DNA from: Octopus sinensis
Taxonomy: Eukaryota
Direction: 5' to 3'
Length of the DNA stretch: 64,000 nucleotides
Assembly: GCF_006345805.1 (NCBI RefSeq)
Contig: NC_043010.1
Coordinates: forward strand, 39,742,001 to 39,806,000
Shown: piece by piece, positions 54,053 to 64,000 of the stretch
Layout: every line of letters begins with the position of its first letter
Numbering within the stretch: position 1 is the first letter of the stretch
Notes under the pieces: model-generated
The model's input: only the letters and a program-made list of their open reading frames with translations
Told to the model about the DNA's origin: nothing
Databases searched by the model: none
Program-made: the position numbers and the translations under genes

Positions 54053-54784
54053 ATTCTCTAGCTGGACTTTTGTTGTGTTCTCTACACATCTGCTACCTAC
54101 CTTCCTCATACACAACTAGCTACATTACAATTCCCTTTGTCATATCTTCCAGAAGATTGCGCATGAAATTGTGTTTTGAGCCTGACTACAATAGATCCAG
54201 ATAAAGTTTGGTATTCTCTAATATTTTCGTCAAATTTTCGATGATCAAATCTGCTGGCGCATAAAACACAAAATCATTCATATGTCGTGTCATCGATATT
54301 TTTTGTTTTTTCCTTGCTTTATTTCTATCCTTGCTTGAGCAGGCCACCACAGTGATCTGATAATGGTGATATTTTAGATACTGGTGCCTATGTTTAGCCT
54401 AATTTTGTTCCTTGTAAACATGCCGCTGAAATCATAATCTTGTAGCTGCTGATCGCATTCTTGGCAGTGCTGCTTGCGCTCACACTGCTTTCGTTGAAAG
54501 AGCAGAGAGTCAGATTATTTTCTGAGAATAAAATACTTATAGAAACACATTCTCAAATTTACATCCGTTACATGTAAAATGTCCGGCAACTTCCGTCGAA
54601 CAATTTTCAATTTAACCACTGAATCTTTTATTTAATCGTAACATTGTGAAACAAATATAAAATTAGTTTTGCTTGACGCATTCCGCTGCGTACACTAAAT
54701 GGAGATCAATATAGGGACCGTCTTCTTTGTGTTAGAATTGACGTGACACAATAATGATAATAAAAATAATAATAATGATGAGAG

Positions 54785-55335
54785 TCTTTTCTGTTGGAGG
54801 CACAAGACCACTGGTATTTAATTTAGCGACTCTGAAAGGATGAAAGGTAAAGTCCGACCTCGGTGGTATTTGAACTCAGAACGTAGCGACGAGCGAAATA
54901 CTGCTAAGCATTTCATCCTTCTTGTTAACAATTTTGCTAGGTCGCCGCTTTAAATCCTTTCTAATCTAGGCACAAGGCCCGATATTTGGGGGGAAGGGAC
55001 CGAGTTGATTGCATCAATCTCAGTACGCAACTGGTACTTAATTTATCGACCCCGAGAGGATGAAAGGCAAAGTCGACCACGTTGCAATTTCAACTCAGAA
55101 CGTAAAGACAAACGAAATATCTATTTCTTTACTACCCACGGGGTCCTAAACACAGAAAGGACAAACAAGGACAGACAAACAGATTAAGTCGATTATCTCG
55201 ACCCCAGTGCGTAAATGGTACATGTTTAATCGACCCCGAAAGGATGAAAGGCTAAGTCGAACTCAGCGGAATTGGAACCCGGAAGGTAACAGCAGACGAA
55301 ATACCGCTAAGCATTTCGCCCGGCGCGCTAACGTT
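54785..55335 (-). mobile_element. SINE-B cluster of three units
   Basis: Units at about 54785-54952, 54958-55121 and 55122-55335. Confidence 0.9.
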
Positions 55336-55368
55336 TCTGCCATCTCGCCGCCTTAAATAATAATAATG

Positions 55369-55416
<48 letters not shown>

Positions 55417-55429
55417 GTAATAATAATAA

Positions 55430-55740
55430 TATGCTCATATCCTAAGAAAAAAATTGTCTGTGTAATTCCAAAAAAATCTTAATCTGTGAACATTATCAAA
55501 AGTACTTTTAAAAGTATATAAAAGCAAACACATTTAAATGTCATCTTAAGATGACACTGTTATCTTACCATCAAATTATTTTAAAAACAAACTAATTTTC
55601 TTATGTTTTGACAGACACCCTTTAGAAAAATACAGTTTGCAAAACCAAAAATATGGTACCCGAGTCATAATACCAACTTAAACTTCTAACTTGTAGAAAT
55701 ACAAAGCAAAAGCGAAGCATATAACAAGAACAAGAACAAC
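55430..55740 (+). mobile_element. 3' end of RLE LINE family 2
   Basis: AHILRKKLSV* then a 3' UTR homologous to 56960-57275; sits after (AAT)n. Confidence 0.75.
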
Positions 55741-55789
55741 AACGACAAAAATAGTAAATAATAATGATGATGACGATGATGATGATGAT

Positions 55790-55980
55790 CCTCTCTATTA
55801 TAGGCACATGGCTTGAAATTTGGTGGGAGAGGAATATTCGATTGCATAGACTCCAGCTTTTCTTTGATAATTTATTTATCGACACCCGAAAGGATGAAAG
55901 GTAAAGTCGACCTCGGCGGAACTTGAACTCAGAACTTAGAGGCGGAGGGAATACTGCTAAGCATTTTGACCGGCGTAATA
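55790..55980 (-). mobile_element. SINE-B copy
   Basis: cccgaaaggatgaaaggtaaagtcgacctcggcggaacttgaactcagaac...ctaagcattttgaccggcg. Confidence 0.85.
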
Positions 55981-56010
55981 TTAATAATAACAATAATAAT
56001 GATGATGATG

Positions 56011-56065
<55 letters not shown>

Positions 56066-56282
56066 TGATAATAATAATAATAATAATGATAATAATAATA
56101 ATAATGATAATAATAATAATGATAATAATAATAATAATTATCAGCCCTAGGTGTATGGAAAACACTCGGCGAGAAACGGAAGAAAATATGAAAAAATGTG
56201 AAGAAAGAACGAAAAAACACAATAATAATAATAATGATAATAATAATAATAATAAGAAGAAGAAGAAGAAGAAGAAGAATTG

Positions 56283-56440
56283 ATAAAAATTGCACTACTA
56301 GGCACTGCACACATCCTATGCAGAACACTTTCCATACAGTAACCATCAGAGCATCACAACAAATCACAGCACATACCCAAGGCACACAGAGCTGCGCTCG
56401 GTAGTGAAGTGAAAGCACGCTATAAAAATAAAACTGCTGA
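56283..56440 (+). mobile_element. 3' end of R4/Dong-like LINE family 1
   Basis: KIALLGTAHIL.RTLSIQ* plus a UTR nearly identical to 58235-58395, then (AAT)n. Confidence 0.92.
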
Positions 56441-56461
56441 ATGATGATAATAATAATAATG

Positions 56462-56494
<33 letters not shown>

Positions 56495-56496
56495 TT

Positions 56497-56755
56497 AAAT
56501 GCCTTGATGCAGCACCAGGCAGTGGCGCTCATGGCGTTTCGTTCAGCATCCTTAAACATCCCTTATCCAGCGACCTTTTGTCCTGCAAGGTCATACACTG
56601 TTTATCTTGATATAAGATCACCATGTCGCGTACATATGGTTATGATTCATGCCCCTGGTGTACTCTTAGCAGACGGGTAATCATGATGGGTATACTGGGC
56701 TTCACATATTTATACCCCAGTGTCACTTGTTGGCATCCACTGCTCTCTCACATTA
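56497..56755. repeat. Probable interspersed repeat of unknown class between AAT tracts
   Basis: GC-richer non-coding block embedded in the LINE/AAT cluster; no second copy in the window, so repeat status is inferred. Confidence 0.35.
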
Positions 56756-56774
56756 TTAAAAAAATAATAACAAA

Positions 56775-57275
56775 GGATATAATGATCTTGAAATAGAAAT
56801 TGATTAAATGTGGAACCTCAAGACTAAAACAATACTCTTTATCATATGTGCCCTACGAATGATAGTAAAAGAGTCTGATAGTTCCGTATCTGAAATATCA
56901 AATGATTCAGATAAGAAATTCAAAAAATAGAGTGGATGAAGACTGCTATCTTGCGAAAAATTTTGTCTATATAATTCGAAAAAAATTTAATCTCTAAACA
57001 TTATCAAAAGTACTTTTAAATGTTCATAACAGCAAACATCTTTTACTGTCATCTTAAGAACACACTATCATTTTATCATCAAATTACTTTTAAAACAAAC
57101 TTCTAGTTTTCTTATATTTCGACATTCTCTAGAGCAATACTCTGTAGAAAACAAAAAAATATGACATTCTAGTCATAATACCAAATTGAACTTATAACTT
57201 GTTGTCGTTTGAGGTCTCTGGGTGAAATATTGAGTCAACTTGTTCAAATACAAAGCAAAAGCCAAACATAAGGGA
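56775..57275 (+). pseudogene. RLE LINE family 2 C-terminus and 3' UTR
   Basis: YNDLEIEID*MWNLKTKTILFIICAL parallels YKDLEIEVTRMWNLKTETIPIIVGAL at 58.1 kb; UTR shared with 55430-55740. Confidence 0.8.
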
Positions 57276-57309
57276 AGAAGAAGAAGAAGAAGAAGAAGAA
57301 GAAGAAATA

Positions 57310-57520
57310 TTCAGACAAATACATAAGAAAACACTAGGACTTACAAATATATCTACCACAGAGAATATTACACTGCTGGGCACTGCACACATCCTAAGCA
57401 AAGCACTTTCAATACATTAACCATAAGAGCATTACAGCAAACCACAGCACATACCCAAGGCACACAGAGCTGCGCTCAATTGTGAAGTGAAAACACGTTT
57501 TACAAATAAAACTACTGAAT
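57310..57520 (+). mobile_element. 3' end of R4/Dong-like LINE family 1, more diverged
   Basis: ttcagacaaatacataag...gggcactgcacacatcct...gagctgcgctc...aaaactactgaataataat. Confidence 0.9.
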
Positions 57521-57530
57521 AATAATAATG

Positions 57531-57588
<58 letters not shown>

Positions 57589-57602
57589 TGATGATGATGA
57601 GG

Positions 57603-57666
<64 letters not shown>

Positions 57667-57667
<1 letters not shown>

Positions 57668-58395
57668 TTTTAATTGCAGCACAAGACCAATGCCTCCCCA
57701 CCAGAAATTACCAAAAACATGTAATGAAAAGAAATATTACAAGTAACTGCAGAATATGTGGAGATGGACAAGAAACGATAAATCATATTATCTCTAGCTG
57801 CCCAGTCCTGGCTAAGAAGGAATATATTCACAGACATGACAGAGTTGGAACCTACATACATTGGAAGCCATGCCAACATTATGGAATAACAACAGGAAAA
57901 AGATGGTATAGGCACACACCAGAAAAGGTCACAGAAAACGAGAAAGCAACCATACTCTGGGATACGCCGATACACACAGATAGAGAAATTAAGGCCAACA
58001 GACCAGATATAGTTGTCAGAGATCATGAAGAAAAAAATGCTTTCTAACTGATGTATCAATACCGGCAGATGGAGAAACTCTCAAAATACAAAGACCTGGA
58101 AATAGAGGTAACTAGAATGTGGAACCTGAAAACAGAAACAATTCCTATCATAGTAGGTGCATTAGGCATGATAAAAAAATATTCAGACAAATACATAACA
58201 AAAACACCAGGACTTACAAACACATATAACATACAGAAAATTGCACTACTAGGCACTGCACACATCCTACGCAGAACACTTTCCATACAATAACCATCAG
58301 AGCATCACAACAAATCACAGCACATACCCAAGGCACACAGAGCTGCGCTCGGTAGTGAAGTGAAAGCACGCTATAAAAATAAAACTACTGAATAA
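57667..58395 (+). pseudogene. 5'-truncated R4/Dong-like LINE: CCHC knuckle plus RLE
   Basis: FLIAAQDQCLPTRNY...CRICGDGQETINHIISSCP...RHDRVGTYIHW...ILWDTPIHTDREIKANRPDIVV, frameshift, KLSKYKDLEIEVTRMW...LGTAHILRRTLSIQ*; flanked by (AAT)n. Confidence 0.95.
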
Positions 58396-59314
58396 AAATA
58401 ATAATAATAATAATATATAATAATAATGATGATGATAATGATGATGAGTAAAAAAAACAGTGACATGTAAAACCGAGGTGTATGTGATGAGTGCATTAGT
58501 TAATTGATTTCTGTGTGGGAGTAGTAGTAGTGGGTTATCAGAAATCATAAGCGTGAAATGCTATTCAGAACGTTGCGGGAATTGAAAACGAAATATAAGA
58601 ATCAAAATTATCTTTCATAAATTAATATAATTTTTTTCTCAGTGATGCACTCTCTATATAACGTTATCAGCATTGCATCATCGCGCTCATTAATGATTAT
58701 ATTAGTGATGATAATGATAATGATGATGATGATGATGATGATGATGATTATCATCTTCAAAGTTAAAACGATCCTTAAAATCATCAGCGTCATCAAAAGC
58801 GTAAACCATTTGATGAACGCATGCAAATGGATTATTCTATTGCAAAGGGCTCCCCACCGCCCGACATGTTATCTGTTTTGTTATCAAACACTCAGTTTCG
58901 TACTTCCACCCACCTAGAGTATCACTTAATTTGAAACACTGCACGCTTCCATATATGCACCTTCTTGTTATTACAATTGCAATCAATGGTAGGCTTCAGT
59001 GACTCTAATTAGTAAAATATGCATAAACACACACACACACACATACACACATAAATATATACATACATTCATGCATGCAAATGTGCGTATGTGTGTGTGT
59101 ATGGGCGTGTGTATATATGCGATATATAGAATTTCCACCATGTGCATATATGCGCTTATCTATGTGTATATACATAGACATATAAATGTTTATATGTGTG
59201 TTAACATCTTTGTCTACACACGTTATAATTCGATATACACATGCATACATATATATATACATATTCTACATACATACATATATACATATATACATATATA
59301 TATATATTATATAT

Positions 59315-59399
59315 AAATAGATGAGTGTATTTTACCTTGTTAACATATGTAGAAGAAAAAATACTTGTTTAAACCTGCGTTAACTCCATTTTTTATTCC

Positions 59400-59400
<1 letters not shown>
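59315..59400. repeat. Short repeat embedded in (TA)n, copy 1
   Basis: aaatagatgagtgtattttaccttgttaaca...aaatacttgtttaaacctgcgtt shared with 62192-62320. Confidence 0.85.
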
Positions 59401-59467
<67 letters not shown>

Positions 59468-59468
59468 G

Positions 59469-59520
<52 letters not shown>

Positions 59521-59533
59521 GTATATATATATG

Positions 59534-59605
<72 letters not shown>

Positions 59606-59984
59606 TTGTTAATCGTTTCCATTAATGTTTTACAGTACTGCGTCCAGCAAATCACCCATCTGTGCACTGTGAAATAACCCGTTCAGTCCGATACCCGTCC
59701 ACCCGTGGAATCTGTCCATTCCATGTTATCAGAGATTGTCCACCAGTTTATCGACCTCTTCTTTCTGATTAATGCATTCAGTGATGATGTATACTCAGCA
59801 CACGTTGATCCAAAGCTTGAAGTTAGATTGATATGCAAAAATATGTAATTAATTGTTTTGTTTTGTTTTTTTGTCAATATATTTACGCGTCAGAGCCATG
59901 CGCAATCATCATTTTGCTTTCTCCTTCTGTGCACACACGCGTGAGCGCGCGCAGACACACACACATATATTATTCTATTCTTGA

Positions 59985-60058
59985 GCGTTATACTAATACG
60001 TCTTTTTGTTTTGTTCACCACATGACTTCGTCTTTTGATTTTTTCGTAAACTCTCCCT

Positions 60059-60062
<4 letters not shown>
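59985..60062 (+). mobile_element. 3' portion of the 40560-type PLE terminal repeat, without the hammerhead-like motif
   Basis: gagcgttatactaatac...cttcgtcttttgattttttcgtaaactctccctata matches 40605-40690. Confidence 0.8.
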
Positions 60063-60094
<32 letters not shown>

Positions 60095-60730
60095 ATATAT
60101 ATATATATATATATATATATAGGTATGTATGTATTTATGTGTGTATGTATGTGTGTATGTATGTGTATATATCTAGTCAACAACCAAATTATATCTGACA
60201 TCTATAACGGACTCGAAACAATGCCAAATATCCCCTTTAATTTAAGAAAACGGATTTGCACCATACTGTGTGACAGAACACAAAACAAAACCATATATTT
60301 TGTAAAGCATTCCATAGCGATAGGGGAATTGCTAAATCACGATTTTTTTTTTTTGGCAATCGATTGCATGCTTGGAAAAATTTAGCCTCCACGGATAGAG
60401 AAAACTATGATTAACAAGGCAATGGTGTCAAATAGCAGGTGAGCTGGTAAAAATTCCGCTTCAGCAAGGGAAAGTAATTGGTACAGAATATGATTCTGTG
60501 GTAGATAAATATTTTTAAAAAAGCCAAAGTCCGCAGTATTCGTTCTGAGAAAATGTTTCCTATAGTCGTTACTGAAGACGTGAAAAGATATAGCAACCAT
60601 GACTTTGTAATTCCATCTTGTTATTGGGCGATTTTTCGTCTGCGATTGTTACACTTCTGTGCATTTTATCTATGTACATCTAAACACATTACCCAACACT
60701 AACACACATACACACACACATAAACACATA

Positions 60731-60770
<40 letters not shown>

Positions 60771-60823
60771 TATACACACACATATTTATATATGCATAGG
60801 TATATATTTTATATATGTATATA

Positions 60824-62094
60824 TTGGTTTGGTAACGTTTTTTTAAAATTTTGGATTTTATTGCGCTTTTAAATCTTAGAAGCTTTTTTTTTTCGAGAAT
60901 TCTATTTTTGAATCAATTTAGAATCTTTTGTTTTTTCTAGTTAATTTTAGTTAATTTTTGTTTATTTTCTGATCATTAAAATGGAATGTCAAGTTAAGAA
61001 AAACAAGCATTTTTGACACCTCCTTCTTGTTACTTTTAATCAAGGTTCTAAGGCCGCAAAAGCTGCTTGCGACATTTGTGCTGTATATGTAGAAGGGGCC
61101 ATAGATCAAAGAACCGCTTGTGATTGTTATGCCAAGTTCAAAAATGGAAATTTTGACCTCAAAGATGCACATCGTTCCAGCCGTCCAGTTGAGTTCGATG
61201 AAGAGCGAGTAAACCAGCCTTTGCATGAAAATTCTCGTCAAACGACAAGGGAACTGGCAGAGAAAATGGAATGCTCAAACACTGCTATAGGGAAGTATCT
61301 TCACTTGATGGGAAAGGTTCAAAAGTATGGAACATGGGTTCCATATGCTTTAAGTGACAACAACAAAAATCAATGAGCCACAATCTCTGCTGGTTTGCTT
61401 GCTCATCACCGTTCAACTCATGGACACAAGCAACGATTTCTTTACCGAATCGTTACTGGCGACGAAAAATGGTGTCTGTACATCAATATGAAGCAGCGTA
61501 AGGAATGGCTTAGCCCCGGTAAACAAGCGACACCGAGCGTGAAACAAGATCTTCATCCGCGTAAAACGATATTGTGTGTATGGTGAGACTGAGAGGGAAT
61601 TATCCATTACGAATTGTTTGAACAGAACCAAACGGTCAACGCAGAACTTTATGTTCAACGGATGGAACGATTCAACACGCTATTCAAAGGAAAAAACCTA
61701 ATCAGCAGCATTCAGTGGTTCTGCTGCACGACAACGCCCGCCCTCATATCGCCAATATGACCAAGGGAACCATTCAAACGCATGACTGGGAAGTGCTGCC
61801 CCATCCGCTGTACTCGCCTGGCACCAACGGATTTCCACCTCTTTCAATCTCTTTCAAATGCTATGCGCGGAATTTCGTTCACTACTGATTCAGAATTGAG
61901 AGCATGGTTGGATCAATTTTTCGAGTCGAAATCGGGTGATTTCTAACAACGAGGTATTGAAACTCTGTTGAACGTTGGAAGAAGTTGTAAACAACAAAGG
62001 TGAATATATTATTGATTAATTAGTTGTAATCTTTTATTAAACGTTTTATAAAATTAAATTTTAAAAAGCGGCGGGAACTTAGTTGCAAACCCAA
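60824..62094 (+). mobile_element. Near full-length decayed mariner (DD34D); transposase pseudogene 60981-62019
   Basis: MECQVKKNKHF*H..., WVPYAL, IVTGDEKW, LLHDNARPH and HPLYSP..APTDFHLF; right TIR well preserved, left degenerate, TA flanks; several stops and frameshifts. Confidence 0.96.
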
Positions 62095-62124
62095 TATATA
62101 CACACATATACATAAATATATACG

Positions 62125-62191
<67 letters not shown>

Positions 62192-62199
<8 letters not shown>

Positions 62200-62316
62200 G
62201 AGTGTATTTTACCTTGTTAACAATTAACACGGATGAAATGAATGAATAGTTACCAGGGCAGCAAAAATACGTAGAAAGTAAAATACTTGTTTTAAACCTG
62301 CGTTTCTCATTTTTTA

Positions 62317-62320
<4 letters not shown>
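62192..62320. repeat. Short repeat embedded in (TA)n, copy 2 (longer)
   Basis: Same ends as 59315-59400 with about 45 extra internal bases. Confidence 0.85.
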
Positions 62321-62350
<30 letters not shown>

Positions 62351-62543
62351 AATCAAGGAACGGTCATAATAGGCCATTCACCCACTAGAATAACAGCCAA
62401 AGCTTCAACCGCAAATAACATTATTCCGTAAACCAGGAGAAAATTAAAAAACATTACCCTGTAATTTCTTATACGATGCACCGTTTCATCTATGTTAATG
62501 GTGGCAAAAAAATTCTACAAAATTTTTTGCCACCCTATATTGA

Positions 62544-62596
<53 letters not shown>

Positions 62597-64000
62597 CATA
62601 TATATATATATGTCTGTGTGCGTAGTGTGTGTGTGTGTGTATGTGTGTGTGTATGCGTGGTTTCTGCATTTCATTATGTCAATTTAACACTTGCGCTAAC
62701 ACAGAGAGAGTGAACCAGAGATCCTGAAACTACCTAACTTTCTACTTCTCAGACAGCAAATGTACTCTCTTTTCTACTATTGTTCTTACCAACATTCGCG
62801 TTCTCAACTAGAGAGAAGAGATATGGCTCTTTTTCATCATTCATGTTTCTCGTAACTGATTTGATAGATTCCGCTGTATTAACTAATACAGAGTTGATTT
62901 GAAATCAGTCGACAAACATAATTTCTGAACGACACTACAACCGGGTTTAATCATTTAATTTGCCCAAGTTTCAGCTGTTATAGAGAAAATTTCCCTTCAT
63001 CATGTTAGGTTTTTGACGTACGATACAAAACAGTGTGCAGTCAATATTATTAACTCTTTTACAGTGGTAATATATTGATGGCAACAGTCGAATAAAATGT
63101 ACAGCCATATACCTTTATATTGAAAGAACTATAAGGGTTGTGACAAAATGGCATACGACGTTCGCCAGCGTCGGAAGGTACAGGTTCGACTCTACTCCAA
63201 GACACATGAGTTTTCCGTATATCCTTACAATATATATGTTGGTACCAGTTCGCAATTTGATTGCAGCGTTGAATAAATTTTAGTCAATCTTTCTTTCACT
63301 TTCTCTTGTTTTATTTCGATTGCGTGTCTTTTGTTCCACATTTTTCGTTTCGCTTAGTTCGTGCATGCACTGAACTAAATTTTGAGTAACACATAACACG
63401 TACGAACTTGGCAGGCATCAAGAAATATTTTTCTTCGCTCTGTTTATAAAAATGTTTTAACTTGTAATATATGTTCTATCAAATACGCAATAGTGTAGTT
63501 GTATAAACCTCGCAAATTGGAGAGTCTAACCTTCTTCATTTCCATCTCATCACCTCCATATTCCTACTCAGTAGGCAAACATGGTCGGCGATTATTTTGT
63601 AACTCTCCTGCTGTGCAACATCGCAAAGTGTCTACGCTTTGCACTGTTTAAATGTGTGCGTCTTTTACACAGTTCCTCAAGTACCAATATTGAGACTTTA
63701 ATGTTCGGTCCGAATTATCTTCATCGAAAACGGACAATTCTTGACACGTAATTGTACCATTAACGGTGCTTCGAAATACGATGGATGCTTTATTTTGAAA
63801 TTCCTTCTCACGAGTTTCTTTCCACACAGGTTTTACTGGACTCTGACAATATGTTTCTAGAAACCTTCTTGCTTTGTAGGAGCTCGTCGATAATATGGGG
63901 CTTGCGAAGCGTTTCTTGTTAAGAATGTGAAAATTCCCCGGTACGTTACATAGATGGATCTGCTTGAAAACTCAACCCTGAATAGTTATTGAATTTCGTT

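Noticed and set aside
59640-59830. RTE-like LINE 3' remnant or C-type lectin-like motif
   Set aside because: Competing weak readings with stops; neither is supportable.
60385-60440. 53-nt micro-exon ending at CAG|GTGAGC
   Set aside because: The acceptor is weak and the peptide is uninformative; splice-like motifs are frequent by chance.
63140-63200. tRNA-like B-box (ggttcgactc)
   Set aside because: No cloverleaf or clear A-box; at most a decayed SINE head.

Overview
Eukaryotic, AT-rich, repeat-dominated DNA with no confidently identifiable host gene, rRNA, functional tRNA or CRISPR array. The SINE repertoire and very high microsatellite density suggest a coleoid cephalopod, most likely Octopus (inference, no search run). 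Most ORFs in the supplied track are read-throughs of (TA)n, (CA)n, (AAT)n, (CAT)n or (ATGT)n microsatellites. All recognisable coding remnants are decayed transposons: three DD34D-type mariners, two maT/DD37D-type copies, one Tc1 N-terminus, a hAT/Buster relic, two MITEs, Penelope-like (PLE) fragments including a GIY-YIG endonuclease, and RLE-type non-LTR elements (R4/Dong-like, HERO-like). Three tRNA-derived SINE groups recur, named A, B and C here. Most notable: four minimal hammerhead-ribozyme-like motifs with variant cores; SINE-B concatemers sharing one tail-to-body junction at four places; a young 1-kb element with near-identical 250-bp terminal repeats; a mariner carrying a foreign ORF1-like insert; an internally inverted PLE lacking its RT core; and a 23-bp-stem hairpin. 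Coordinates were read by eye and boundaries of decayed repeats are approximate.
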